A DNA stretch of 64,000 bases from an uncultured archaeon (GCA_964410585.1 CAYPFW010000002.1:160001-224000); one strand, 5' to 3'. Positions 18,756-29,054 are shown, counted from the first letter of the stretch. The notes: generated by a model not told the origin, from the sequence alone. Numbers and translations are program-made.

Positions 18756-20972
18756 ATGCAAAATAGAGTAATAGCACCGATCTCAGGATTTTTGGTTTTT
18801 TTAGTTTTGACAGGTTTAGTTTTAGGTTATCCTCTTCAATTAAATTTGCAGTCTAATTTGCCTGCAGGTGAAACATTCACAACATTTGTAGCAACATGTA
18901 CAGATACTGTATGCTCATCTTTTGTTAGTGGATCAGAAAGAACAATACCTTCTCTAGGTAATTTGAATGTTTACACAATAACAGGTCCTGGAACAGTAGC
19001 ATGGACAGAACTAGACTACAAAAACGAGTCTTACTTACCTCACATTTACAGGTTTCAAATACAAGAAGCTGACTCAAGTAAATCAGTTGCAGTTTCAAGA
19101 AATTTCCAGAAAAAATCAGTTTGTGAGGCTCAAATCAATAAGCTCGAGCTTTCGGCAGCATCAATTGGAGAAAACAACAGAGTCGTAGTTAACACAAGCA
19201 TACAATCTGCAATGAGTTTCCCAAGAGATAGCCAGGGAAGAACATTTGATTTCTCAATGGTACCTATTCCAGCTAATTTAAAAGATATCTATTCAACAAA
19301 AACAAATGTCACACTTACAGTCAAGGATTCAAATGGACAAACAGTAAAAACAGAAACAAAGCAAGTCAATCCTTGGGTAAATAAATCAGATAACCTATCA
19401 TTTGAATTCACACCTATTGTACAAGGCAACCACACAATTGAAATATCAACAGATGTTGTTGATCCTGTTTGTGAATCTGCAAATAGAAAAGCAACACAAG
19501 TCAACCTTACAGTTACAGACTCTGGTCCTGTAGCAAATGCAGGGGAAGATAAAATAGTTACTGTAGGTAATGTTGTTCAATTTGATGGTTCTGCAACAGT
19601 GACATCAGACAACGCACTTTTCTATCTTTGGGATTTTGGAAATGGAAACAAAGATGAAGGTCTAAAAGTAAATTATACATACCAAAATCCAGGTACATAC
19701 ACAGTCACATTGAGGGTAAGAGATATTGATGGACAGGAATCAACAGACACAATGATAGTTAAAGTTAATCCAATAAACAATTTCCCAGTGGCTGATTTCT
19801 CAGCTAGTGTAACATCAATACCAGAAGGCCAAACAGTACAATTTACAGACGCTTCTAGATCTTTAGATGGTTTCAAGTCAAGATTATGGTATTTTGGTGA
19901 TGGTACAAATTCAACAGAGATAAACCCTCCTCATATTTTCAATCAACAAGGAACATATGAAGTCAAATTAAAAATAACAGACAATGACAATGATCCAGCT
20001 GAAAAAACACTTCAAATAATAGTTACTGACACAAAGCCTAACCCATCTTTCACTTCACCAATATCAGTTGCGAAGGGTCAGGTAGTTACATTTACAGATA
20101 CATCAACAGCACATGATGGAATAAAATCAAGATCATGGAACTTTGGAGATGGGACATCTGAAACAACTGATAAGGTTCAGTTCAATCACACTTATCAACA
20201 GGCTGGTGTATTTTTAGTAACATTAAAAGTAAAAGATAATGATGATGACCAAGAAACAGGACCTGTTACAAGCCAGATAACAGTTACAGATCCTCAACCT
20301 CCAGTACCTACAACAAGAGAAATATCAGTTTCACCAATAACATATGACAAATCATCTTCAACTGTTTATTTGTTTGATCAGGTAACAGTGAAGGCTAATG
20401 TTTCAAACAATGGATCAGCAACAGAGAGTGTCACACTAAAATTAAAAGAAGGCCTATTAGATGTTTCAACTCAAACAATCAGCCTGAACTCAGGCGAAAC
20501 AAAAGAAGTTTCATTTGCCTGGACACCTTCAACAACAGGCTCTAGAACTCTGACAATTGAATCAGTTGGTTTGCAAGGCGAAGCAAACACAGTAAACAAT
20601 GTGCAAACACAAAACATAAAGGTTGTTTCTGTTAGAGAAAATTTGGAATTAACATTTGCAGACCCATCTAGATTCCCTTCACCTACTCATACAAAGAATT
20701 CAGACTTTTACATTTGGGTGAACATCAAAAACAAAGGTCTTGAAGACTTGAAAGATGTTAAGCTTGTCTTAGATGTTCCTTTAACAGTTGTTGATTCAAA
20801 AGATCATGTACTTTCAAATCAAAAAACTTTCGCTTTGATACCTTCAGGAAAGCCAGAAACATATCTGTGGAAAGTTTCAGCAGGTTCTATACCAAGTTCA
20901 GTTGTACCTAAAGTTTACATAGGCAGCGGAACAGACAAAGTAGAAATAACAAGAACTGTTGGCATACAATAA
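18756..20972 (+). CDS. Secreted PKD-repeat/CARDB surface protein
   Basis: Signal peptide, three W.FG.G PKD motifs, CARDB-like C-terminal domains. Confidence 0.85.
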   Translation: MQNRVIAPISGFLVFLVLTGLVLGYPLQLNLQSNLPAGETFTTFVATCTDTVCSSFVSGSERTIPSLGNLNVYTITGPGTVAWTELDYKNESYLPHIYRFQIQEADSSKSVAVSRNFQKKSVCEAQINKLELSAASIGENNRVVVNTSIQSAMSFPRDSQGRTFDFSMVPIPANLKDIYSTKTNVTLTVKDSNGQTVKTETKQVNPWVNKSDNLSFEFTPIVQGNHTIEISTDVVDPVCESANRKATQVNLTVTDSGPVANAGEDKIVTVGNVVQFDGSATVTSDNALFYLWDFGNGNKDEGLKVNYTYQNPGTYTVTLRVRDIDGQESTDTMIVKVNPINNFPVADFSASVTSIPEGQTVQFTDASRSLDGFKSRLWYFGDGTNSTEINPPHIFNQQGTYEVKLKITDNDNDPAEKTLQIIVTDTKPNPSFTSPISVAKGQVVTFTDTSTAHDGIKSRSWNFGDGTSETTDKVQFNHTYQQAGVFLVTLKVKDNDDDQETGPVTSQITVTDPQPPVPTTREISVSPITYDKSSSTVYLFDQVTVKANVSNNGSATESVTLKLKEGLLDVSTQTISLNSGETKEVSFAWTPSTTGSRTLTIESVGLQGEANTVNNVQTQNIKVVSVRENLELTFADPSRFPSPTHTKNSDFYIWVNIKNKGLEDLKDVKLVLDVPLTVVDSKDHVLSNQKTFALIPSGKPETYLWKVSAGSIPSSVVPKVYIGSGTDKVEITRTVGIQ

Positions 20973-21039
20973 TTTTATTAATCTTTCATCAAATAAATTA
21001 AAATACATCAAAATAGTTGAACACTGAAAAGTAATAAAT

Positions 21040-22734
21040 ATGTCAAAGAAATTGATAATCAGCTTGATGCTAGCATTTGTCCTAAGTTTTGTTAGTGTTA
21101 ATGCTCTTCCATGCGCTGATGTTAATTTTAGTTATTCTCCAGAACAATTATCTGTTGGACAGAATTTTTATTTCAACATAAAATCAACAAACATAGCCTC
21201 TCCAGAAGATCCTTGGGGCGATTACAGGCAAGCAAACCTTACTTTGCCTTCTCAAATAACAACAACAGACAGCCTTATGGTCGATGTTTCAAACACACCA
21301 TTTGAGGATATCCATGATTGGTCTGCTAAAGTTGTTCAAGAAGGCTCTTTCACAGCTACTGTGAAAATGTCAAACTCAACAGGAACATGTGAATTATCAA
21401 AATCAATAAATGTTGTAGCAAGTACAAATGCTCAGGGATTGAATTTTATTGCAAATCAACCTCAAACAATAAGTTCTCAATCAGCACTTGTAAACGTGAC
21501 AATAACAGCATCAGAAAGTGTTTCAAATCAAGAGATCACAATAATAAAATTCTCTTCTGTTACAAATGGAACTTTGTCTGGGAAAAAACCAGCAGGAAGA
21601 TATGTTGAAGTTGTTGTGCAACCAGATCTTGCTGTTAGAATAGCAAACGCAAGTTTGAAGGTTTCTTATTTACAATCTGAAATAGATTCAAACAACATAA
21701 ATGAGGGCACACTAAGGCTTTACAAATACAACACAGCGACAAATGTGTGGGATCTTTTGACATCTACTGTTGATACTTCAAACAATTTTGTAGAAGCAAC
21801 AGGTTTAACAGGCTTCTCCTTATTTGGTTTATTTGGAGATGAAAACGCAGCTCCTGCTTCAGGTGGTGGATCATCTGGTGGCGGAGGAGGAGGCGGTGGT
21901 GGGGGAGGTTCAGTAACAAGAACATGCACTCAATCAGATTTCACATGTACAGATTATTCTCCGTGTCAATCCTCAGGATCACAAACAAGAACATGTACTA
22001 AGAGAGCTGGCATCACATGTACAGGTGGTGTTCCTTCAACAACTCAATCGTGTACATTTGTAGCTCCGAAGCCAGTATGTACACCAAACTGGGAGTGTAC
22101 AGCATTTTCAGCATGTTCATCAGGATCACAAACAAGAACATGTACAGATAGAAACAATTGTGGGACAACACAAAACAAGCCAATAGAATCACAAACATGT
22201 ACAGTTCCTATTTCAGAAATTATAAAACCAAATGTTAGTGGTCTAACTGGTTTCCTAGTTTCACAACCTATCCTACAATACAAAGCGTCAGCAGGTGCAT
22301 CTACTGTTTTTGTTTTGGACGATGTTAATCACACACTAACTGTTAAACAGGTCAAATCAGATTCAGTTATTTTGGTGATACAGTCAGATCCTGTTGAAAT
22401 TGAAGTCAAAGCTGGAGAATCAAAATCAGTTAATATAGACGCTGATCCTGAAAATGATATAACTGTCAGAATAAATTCAATTGAAAATGGTGTTGTCTTA
22501 TTGACTGTTGAAAAAACCAGAGAAGTATCTGCGGGCTCAGCAGCTGTAGCAGTAGTTCTTTTGATTATAGTAATAGTACTTGGTTTCATGGTTTACAAAA
22601 AGCGTTCAAAAGGAGAGCCAGAAGAAGCAGACGAGCCAGTAGAATTTGAACAACCAAAACCACCAAGGCCAAGACCCAAAGCAAGAAAAAGAATTGAGAA
22701 GCAATTTTCAGATCCAATTGATTTTGTACAGTAA
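21040..22734 (+). CDS. Membrane-anchored surface protein (PGF-pre-PGF-like domain, Gly linker, Cys-rich TSP1-like repeats)
   Basis: LRLYKY..W..GFSLFG, poly-G linker, two C..S.C..GSQTRTC repeats, C-terminal TM. Confidence 0.75.
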   Translation: MSKKLIISLMLAFVLSFVSVNALPCADVNFSYSPEQLSVGQNFYFNIKSTNIASPEDPWGDYRQANLTLPSQITTTDSLMVDVSNTPFEDIHDWSAKVVQEGSFTATVKMSNSTGTCELSKSINVVASTNAQGLNFIANQPQTISSQSALVNVTITASESVSNQEITIIKFSSVTNGTLSGKKPAGRYVEVVVQPDLAVRIANASLKVSYLQSEIDSNNINEGTLRLYKYNTATNVWDLLTSTVDTSNNFVEATGLTGFSLFGLFGDENAAPASGGGSSGGGGGGGGGGGSVTRTCTQSDFTCTDYSPCQSSGSQTRTCTKRAGITCTGGVPSTTQSCTFVAPKPVCTPNWECTAFSACSSGSQTRTCTDRNNCGTTQNKPIESQTCTVPISEIIKPNVSGLTGFLVSQPILQYKASAGASTVFVLDDVNHTLTVKQVKSDSVILVIQSDPVEIEVKAGESKSVNIDADPENDITVRINSIENGVVLLTVEKTREVSAGSAAVAVVLLIIVIVLGFMVYKKRSKGEPEEADEPVEFEQPKPPRPRPKARKRIEKQFSDPIDFVQ

Positions 22735-22812
22735 TTTCTGTGGGCTAATTAAATCAGGAAACACAAAAGATAAGAAAGATTGTATGATCTAGCAGATGTG
22801 AAATAAATTGAT

Positions 22813-23889
22813 ATGGCAAAACCTAAGGTATTATTGATTAGAACCGGTGGTACTATTGGGCAAAAACCCAATGCTCAAGGAATTCTGGAACCATCTCCTG
22901 ATGACTATATTCATAGAGTCGAGGGCCTTGGAGATTTAGCTGATATTGATATTCAAGATTTAGGAAACATTGATAGTACAAACATGGAGACTAATCTTAG
23001 GTTTACTGATCCTACTAAAACAGAGAATGTAAAAGACCGTGCAGATATAGCACGGATGATTTATAATAATGCCTTCAAGTATGATGGTTTTGTTGTTGCT
23101 CATGGAACTGATACAATGGCAGAAACTGCAGCTGCTTTAACTTACATGCTTTCTGGTTTAAGGAAACCCGTGGTTTTGACTGGTTCTCAAAGGTCAATTT
23201 GGGTTCCACGAAGTGATGCGCAGAACAATCTTTATACAGCAATTCAGACAGCGACAAAGGATTTAGGCGAAGTTGTAATTGCATTTGGAAATTATGTGGT
23301 TAGGGGAACCCGTGCAAAGAAAGTTGATGAGGAGGGTTATGATGCTTTCTCAACGCCTGGCACAGAGCCATTGGGAAAAACAACTGCTTTGAGCGAAGGA
23401 ATAAGATTAGCAAACCACAGGATTAGGAGAGGAGATTTTGATCCGCGAATCTTCACAGATTTTGATACAAGAATATTTCACTATACACATATATCTGGTG
23501 CAGCAGTTGAAGATGTTTTAATGGATATTGCTGAACACGAGGATGTTCATGGAATTTTAATGGGTGGATTTGGTCCTGGAAATGTTCCAGATAAATTATT
23601 ACCATTTATTAGATCTTCTAGACAGCGAGGAAAACCAGTCTTTGTTTACACAAAGTGTGATACTGGAGCAGCAGATATGGGAATCTATTCAGTTGGTGTT
23701 TCACCATTAGAAGCAGGAGCAAAACCAGCAGGAGATATGACTATTGAAGCATTAGGCCAGAAAGTAATGTATGCTATTGGTAGAGCCAGCAGTGAGGGAT
23801 TACAAGGAATAGAAAAAATAAACTTTGTTGACTCTATTATTAGAACGCCATATAATGGAGACATTACTGTAACTACAATAAGAAAATAA
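22813..23889 (+). CDS. L-asparaginase type I family
   Basis: TGGTI, DST, HGTDTM, TGSQ motifs; no GatD N-terminal domain. Confidence 0.9.
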   Translation: MAKPKVLLIRTGGTIGQKPNAQGILEPSPDDYIHRVEGLGDLADIDIQDLGNIDSTNMETNLRFTDPTKTENVKDRADIARMIYNNAFKYDGFVVAHGTDTMAETAAALTYMLSGLRKPVVLTGSQRSIWVPRSDAQNNLYTAIQTATKDLGEVVIAFGNYVVRGTRAKKVDEEGYDAFSTPGTEPLGKTTALSEGIRLANHRIRRGDFDPRIFTDFDTRIFHYTHISGAAVEDVLMDIAEHEDVHGILMGGFGPGNVPDKLLPFIRSSRQRGKPVFVYTKCDTGAADMGIYSVGVSPLEAGAKPAGDMTIEALGQKVMYAIGRASSEGLQGIEKINFVDSIIRTPYNGDITVTTIRK

Positions 23890-24014
23890 GAGCATTGATT
23901 CTGGTCCTTATTTCTGTTCTAAGACTTATTCAAAAGAAAAAGTCTAGGATTCATCCAAAAGAAAATAATATACAAACCAATATAAACAACTAAACCAATT
24001 ATTAATCGAGAGTT

Positions 24015-24281
24015 ATGGGACAGAAGATACAAGGTTATACAAGAGGATGGGGCCACACAAAGAGAAGAGGTCATGAGACAAATGTAAACTGTGGTTTCTG
24101 CGGGAAAATTGTTCCTAAGTATAGGACATTCGCAGTGTTCAAGGGCTTTGGAATAAACGATCCCTCTTTAAGAAAAGAGCTGGGCTCAGCAGCAAACCTA
24201 TACACAGAGAGCAAGATGTATGCATGCCCTTCATGCGCAAGACATAGAAGCATTATTAAAAAAAATAGGAATAGGGGTTGA
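24015..24281 (+). CDS. rps26e: Ribosomal protein eS26-like
   Basis: RGH..V.C..CG..VPK and ACPSCARH Zn motifs, basic. Confidence 0.75.
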   Translation: MGQKIQGYTRGWGHTKRRGHETNVNCGFCGKIVPKYRTFAVFKGFGINDPSLRKELGSAANLYTESKMYACPSCARHRSIIKKNRNRG

Positions 24282-24783
24282 TCTTAGGAATCCAATAATA
24301 GTTGGCATTGATCCAGGAACGACAACTGCTGCCGTTATCCTAGACCTGTCTGGCAATATTCTTTCTATTCAAAGCGGCAAAAATTTGAAAAGATCTGATG
24401 TCATCAATCTTATTCTAGAAAAAGGCGATCCAATAATAATCGCAAGCGATGTTTACCCTGTTCCCAAGTCAATAGAAAAGTTGGCTGCTTCTTTTAATTG
24501 CAAACTAATTCATCCAGAAGAAAACTATTCGAGAAGGGACAAATGGTCTTTTATGCGGTCTAATTTCGAAGAAACATATCGACACAAAAAACTCTACAAA
24601 AATCGGCATGAGCGAGATGCCTTGCTTGCAGCGATTTTTGGTTGGAATGCGATAAAGGCTTTGGTAAACAAGATAGAAACACGATTGGAAGGCGAGGAAA
24701 TTTTTGAATACAGAGACCAAATAAAATCAAAGGTGATTTTGGAAGGAAGGAGTATAAGTTCTGCGATGAAAGAATATTGTTAA
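24220..24783 (+). CDS. DUF460-like RNase H-fold protein (start uncertain)
   Basis: IVGIDPGTT, IIASDV.P.P, HERDAL.AA. Confidence 0.75.
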   Translation: MHALHAQDIEALLKKIGIGVDLRNPIIVGIDPGTTTAAVILDLSGNILSIQSGKNLKRSDVINLILEKGDPIIIASDVYPVPKSIEKLAASFNCKLIHPEENYSRRDKWSFMRSNFEETYRHKKLYKNRHERDALLAAIFGWNAIKALVNKIETRLEGEEIFEYRDQIKSKVILEGRSISSAMKEYC

Positions 24784-24812
24784 ACTTAATAATCTCTTCT
24801 ACAATCTATTCT

Positions 24813-26255
24813 ATGAATTACAGTGAAACCGGCTTCAAATCAGGTGTTGAAATACATCAGCAACTCGACACAGAAAAAAAGCTTTTTTGTAGCTGCAAGT
24901 CCCAACTGACAAAAATCAAGTCATCAGGATCAATATCAAGAAAGTTGAGAGCTGTTGCAGGCGAAACAGGCGACATTGATGTAGCTGCATTGCACGAATC
25001 TGTAAAAGAAAAATCTTTTGAGTACAATATTTATCCAGATGAGTCATGTTTAATTGAATTGGACGAAGAACCGCCGCATCCAGTGAACCAAGAGGCTCTG
25101 AAAATAGCTTTGCAGGTTGCTGTTTTGCTGAACTGCGAAATACCAGACGAAATCCATGTGATGAGGAAAACAGTTGTAGATGGTTCCAATACCTCAGGTT
25201 TCCAGAGAACAGCAATTGTAGGAGTGAATGGTTGGATAGATACATCAAAAGGAAAAGTTGGAATCACAAATGTTTCTTTGGAAGAAGACTCTTCGCAAAT
25301 TTTAGAAAGGACGGAAACAAAAGTTGTTTATGGTTTAGATAGGCTAGGCATACCTCTAGTTGAAATAGGAACAGCACCAGATTCAAAAGACCCAGAGCAC
25401 ACAAGGGAAATTGCAGAAAAGATAGGTCTTATTCTGCGTTCAACAGGAAAGGTCAAAAAAGGTTTAGGGACAATCAGACAAGATGTTAATGTTTCAATAA
25501 AAGGCGGAGCCCGCGCAGAGCTCAAGGGTTTCCAAGAGCTTTCTACAATCCCTTTGGTAATTGAAAATGAAATCAAAAGACAGCAGGATCTTTTGAAGAA
25601 AGGGAAAAAACCAGAAAAAGAAGTCAGGAAAGTTGAGCCAGACAACTCAACATCATTTTTGCGTCCAATGCCAGGAGCAGCGCGTCTATATCCTGAGACA
25701 GATTTGCCTCCAATACCAGTTGACCAAAGGCTGTTGGAGGAAATAAAAGCAAACCCTCCAGAATTTTGGGAAGAAAAACTGAAAAGGCTTTCAAAATTCT
25801 ACAACTTGAATGAACAGCTTGCTGAAAATCTTTTGAAATCTGGAAAAGCTGACCTTTTTGAAACAGTTGTCAAGCTTGGTTTTGAAATAAACTTGGTGTA
25901 CAGAACTTTGACAGCTACTGTAAAAGAAGTAGAAAGGGAAGTTTCAAACTCGAAACTAAATGACAACTTAGTTTTAGAAATTTTCAAAAACTCGCCTAAA
26001 AACATATCAAAGGAGGCGCTTTCTGAGGCCTTGAAAGCAGGAGCCGCAAGCGGAAAAGTTGAAAAAATAGAATCAGGATTGTCTGAACAAGAGCTCAGAA
26101 AAATTGTAAAAGAAGTCATTTCAAAAAACAAAGATGCTCTCCAAAAACACAATCCTGTAGGCATTTTAATGGGCGAAGTAATGAAACAAGCAAGGGGAAA
26201 AGCAGACGGAAAGCTTGTTGCAAAAATCCTCGGTGAGGAGATAAAAAATGTCTAA
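24813..26255 (+). CDS. gatE: Glu-tRNA(Gln) amidotransferase subunit E (short form)
   Basis: GVEIHQQL, RKTVVDGSNTSGFQRT, GLGTIRQDVNVSI, RPMPGAARLYPETD. Confidence 0.92.
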   Translation: MNYSETGFKSGVEIHQQLDTEKKLFCSCKSQLTKIKSSGSISRKLRAVAGETGDIDVAALHESVKEKSFEYNIYPDESCLIELDEEPPHPVNQEALKIALQVAVLLNCEIPDEIHVMRKTVVDGSNTSGFQRTAIVGVNGWIDTSKGKVGITNVSLEEDSSQILERTETKVVYGLDRLGIPLVEIGTAPDSKDPEHTREIAEKIGLILRSTGKVKKGLGTIRQDVNVSIKGGARAELKGFQELSTIPLVIENEIKRQQDLLKKGKKPEKEVRKVEPDNSTSFLRPMPGAARLYPETDLPPIPVDQRLLEEIKANPPEFWEEKLKRLSKFYNLNEQLAENLLKSGKADLFETVVKLGFEINLVYRTLTATVKEVEREVSNSKLNDNLVLEIFKNSPKNISKEALSEALKAGAASGKVEKIESGLSEQELRKIVKEVISKNKDALQKHNPVGILMGEVMKQARGKADGKLVAKILGEEIKNV

Positions 26256-27336
26256 CATACTTTACGAATTTGCAGAAAAAATCAACAAACTTGAAGCTTC
26301 TGGGAAAAAAATAATTAAACTAAATCTAGGCGAGCAGAGCCAGCCAACCCCAAAGATCATAATAAAAGCAGGAATAAAATCCCTGAAAGCAGGAGAGACT
26401 GGCTATGGTTCTGGTTTAGGGGAAAAATATCTCCGCGAAAAAATCGCAGAAATACAAGGAGTTTCTCCAGAAAATGTTGTAGTGACAACTGGATCCAAAA
26501 TTTCAGTTTATTCCTTGATGAAAATACTTTTAGACAAAGGTGACAATGTTATTGTTCCTTCTCCATATTGGCCTGCATATGAACTGATCGCGCAAAACAT
26601 AGGCGCTGATATACGGTTTCTAAAAACAAATTTCGAAGAGTGTTGGGAGGTTGATCCTCAAAAATTAGAGCAAATGATAGACCAAAGAACAAAGGCAATA
26701 ATTCTTACAAACCCAAATAATCCAACATCGACAATGTTGAGTTCAAAAACTTTGAAAGAAATAGTTTCAATTGCAGAAAGAAAAAACATCTATATTTTAT
26801 ACGACAATGCATACATGGGATTGGCTTTCAAAAAACAGGAAAAAATAGAAAGCCCGAACCTGATAAAAATAGAAACCTTTTCAAAAGGCTTTGCAATGAC
26901 TGGTTGGAGAGTTGGGTATACAATTTGCAAAAAAGAGCTTGCAGAAAAAATGTTGAAGTTTAACCAAATAACAACTTCTTGTGTGCCTAAGTTTGTGCAA
27001 AGAGCAGCTTTCGCAGCCTTAGAAAATAGGGAAAAAATACAAAGGAAGATGACAAACATTTCAAAGAAAAGAGCCTCTTTCGCTTGCAAAATTCTTAAAA
27101 AATATAACTTTGATTTTGTGAAACCAGATGCTGGTTTTTATGTTTTTCCAAACATCAAAGTTAACAGCATTCGGCTTGCAGAAAATCTTCTAGAGAAAGG
27201 AATTGGCATTGTTCCAGGCTCTGCTTTTGGCGATTATCAGAACTTTGCGAGAATATCTTTGACAGAAGATCTTCCTGTATTAGAAAAAGTTTTCGAGGAA
27301 ATAAATTCAAGTGTTAATTTTCTACAGACTGTTTGA
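26248..27336 (+). CDS. PLP-dependent aminotransferase class I/II
   Basis: NPNNPT, D.AY, FSKGFAMTGWRVG. Confidence 0.9.
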   Translation: MSNILYEFAEKINKLEASGKKIIKLNLGEQSQPTPKIIIKAGIKSLKAGETGYGSGLGEKYLREKIAEIQGVSPENVVVTTGSKISVYSLMKILLDKGDNVIVPSPYWPAYELIAQNIGADIRFLKTNFEECWEVDPQKLEQMIDQRTKAIILTNPNNPTSTMLSSKTLKEIVSIAERKNIYILYDNAYMGLAFKKQEKIESPNLIKIETFSKGFAMTGWRVGYTICKKELAEKMLKFNQITTSCVPKFVQRAAFAALENREKIQRKMTNISKKRASFACKILKKYNFDFVKPDAGFYVFPNIKVNSIRLAENLLEKGIGIVPGSAFGDYQNFARISLTEDLPVLEKVFEEINSSVNFLQTV

Positions 27337-27763
27337 AAATCACTCTTTTCCCTAAAACATTTTTAAATGTGTTTAAAAATTTTCCTAAACTTTTTGAGCC
27401 ATAATTGAGACTAATTTCAAAATAATGTTCTTTTTCTGCTTTTATGTAAAGTACAGCTACAATGGCCCCTACATATGCATAATATTTTCTCACTTCAGCC
27501 TTCTTTATGGATTTGAGTGGAATTTCAACACGATGGGGGAAAAACAATTTTCTGGCAACAAATTTTTTGTCATCTATATGGTATACGCTCATCCAGCAAA
27601 GTATGAAAACCATCATAAGCGAGAACAGCCAAAGAGCTGTCGCCCTTTCTGGAAACTCAGAATAAAAATAAAGCCCAGAAACAGTGAAAAACACTATAAG
27701 TATACCTAAGAACAAAAAAGAAAACAAGTTTGGGTACATCGTATAGCTAGTGTTCTTTTTCAT
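27314..27763 (-). CDS. Hypothetical membrane protein
   Basis: Two N-terminal TMs; start coupled (TGATG) to upstream microprotein. Confidence 0.6.
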   Translation of the reverse strand: MKKNTSYTMYPNLFSFLFLGILIVFFTVSGLYFYSEFPERATALWLFSLMMVFILCWMSVYHIDDKKFVARKLFFPHRVEIPLKSIKKAEVRKYYAYVGAIVAVLYIKAEKEHYFEISLNYGSKSLGKFLNTFKNVLGKRVIFKQSVEN

Positions 27764-27870
27764 CAAACTTTCTCCAGCCTTACAGAACCGCATTTTGGGC
27801 AGACTTTTTGAGCTGGTTCCATAACCATTGGTTTGCCTTCCCAACCACATGCGCACCTAAATTTAGCCAT
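27763..27870 (-). CDS. 35-aa zinc-ribbon microprotein (not in ORF track)
   Basis: MAKFRCACGWEGKPMVMEPAQKVCPKCGSVRLEKV; CxCG..CPxCG; TGATG coupling. Confidence 0.7.
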   Translation of the reverse strand: MAKFRCACGWEGKPMVMEPAQKVCPKCGSVRLEKV

Positions 27871-27904
27871 ATACTAATTTGATTTCTCAGAATAAATACT
27901 TAGA

Positions 27905-28288
27905 TTATTTTTCAACTAGCACAGCATTCACAATACCATCTTGTGTTGGCCTAGAAGTGATTTTAGCAAGACCTTTCTCTGTTTGTATAACGCTGCCCTT
28001 TGTCAAAACATTTCTTCGGACAAAGTGAAGGTTTGCCTTGTTGTCTTTTACTGTGAGAATTTTTGTTTTTTCGATTTTTCCTGATTTTGGATCAGCTACA
28101 TTTGCAAATTGAGCTCCAAGAAGCCTTGTTTTAACATTTCCGCCATAGCCTCTTACAGCTTTATTATCATGTTCTTCTATTAGAGGCTCCAAGAATTGGC
28201 TTCCCCTGTCTCTTTTCTTTTTCTTCCTGTTTGCACTAAGCAAACCGCCTGTTGGTTTTCTCTTAGATCTCAAATGCCAAAACGCCAT
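27905..28288 (-). CDS. rps8e: 30S ribosomal protein S8e
   Basis: RSKRKPTGG, RGYGGN, RRNVLTKG, RPTQDG. Confidence 0.95.
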   Translation of the reverse strand: MAFWHLRSKRKPTGGLLSANRKKKKRDRGSQFLEPLIEEHDNKAVRGYGGNVKTRLLGAQFANVADPKSGKIEKTKILTVKDNKANLHFVRRNVLTKGSVIQTEKGLAKITSRPTQDGIVNAVLVEK

Positions 28289-28310
28289 TTTTATCACCAA
28301 TTAAATTCGA

Positions 28311-28363
28311 ATTGTAGTTTTCTTTGGGTACGGTATACTTTCTTTTTCTAAAAGAAAGGATAG
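28311..28363 (-). repeat. Dispersed repeat family 1 right after the rpl37e stop
   Basis: rc CTATCCTTTCTTTTAGAAAAAGAAAGTATACCGTACCCAAAGAAAACTACAAT. Confidence 0.85.
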
Positions 28364-28564
28364 CTAATTATCTTTGATGCCTGGTTTTCTGTCTCTGTTT
28401 ATTGTTTTTCTTTTCCAAGCATATGTCATGAGCTTGCTAGCTCTGCCAAAACCGCATGCACTGCAAGCTTTCTTTCTAATATGATATGAATGCCGCCCAC
28501 ATCTTCGGCAAAATATATGGGTCTTCTTATTCTTTTTACCGAAACTCGGCGTACCTTTAGCCAT
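28364..28564 (-). CDS. rpl37e: 50S ribosomal protein L37e
   Basis: [21 protein letters not shown]. Confidence 0.97.
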   Translation of the reverse strand: MAKGTPSFGKKNKKTHIFCRRCGRHSYHIRKKACSACGFGRASKLMTYAWKRKTINRDRKPGIKDN

Positions 28565-28608
28565 AACCAATTAATCCAAATATTCAACAACTAAGATATA
28601 AATACGTT

Positions 28609-28821
28609 TTACGCAGGTGAAACAAGAATTATGTTGTCTCCGCGGACAAGTACCTTTCCAAGCTTCAGGGAATCTTTTTCTCCATTCAATTCAGCGTCCT
28701 CGAGTAGGATGTTTATGTGCTGATCGAATGCTTTTAGTGTCCCTGTTATCATTTCGCTTGATTTTAGGCGTATTAATATTCTTTTGTCTGTTGAATTTCC
28801 CAAAATATCAAAGGGTTTCAT
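28609..28821 (-). CDS. Archaeal LSm (SmAP) protein
   Basis: G.LKAFD.H.N..L and RGDN Sm motifs; conserved position next to rpl37e. Confidence 0.92.
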   Translation of the reverse strand: MKPFDILGNSTDKRILIRLKSSEMITGTLKAFDQHINILLEDAELNGEKDSLKLGKVLVRGDNIILVSPA

Positions 28822-28919
28822 TTTACATCACATTACTACGGCAAAACATAAAACCGCAGTCCAATTTTCATATATTTTAATGGTTTATATGCTTATAAAC
28901 GTTAAAGCAGCGCTTCGCG

Positions 28920-28930
28920 TATATATAAAA
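28920..28930 (+). promoter_or_regulatory. TATA box of tRNA gene
   Basis: TATATAAAA about 30 nt upstream of the tRNA 5' end. Confidence 0.55.
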
Positions 28931-28975
28931 TTAGAATATCTAATCTATAGATTTTAAGGGCCCATAGCTCAGCCA

Positions 28976-29054
28976 CTACCCCTTTCTTTTCAAAAAGAAA
29001 GGTGTAAGGTATCCCAAAGAAAACGGTATACATTTACACTCTGAAAAAGGAAAT
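28976..29054 (+). repeat. Family-1 repeat inside tRNA D-loop intron
   Basis: CTACCCCTTTCTTTTCAAAAAGAAAGGTGTAAGGTATCCCAAAGAAAACGGTATACA. Confidence 0.85.

Noticed and set aside
21860-21910. GGN-rich run, possible G-quadruplex or repeat
   Set aside because: Simply encodes a poly-Gly/Ser linker
22813-23889. Calling the asparaginase gatD
   Set aside because: Lacks the GatD N-terminal domain; left as asparaginase family
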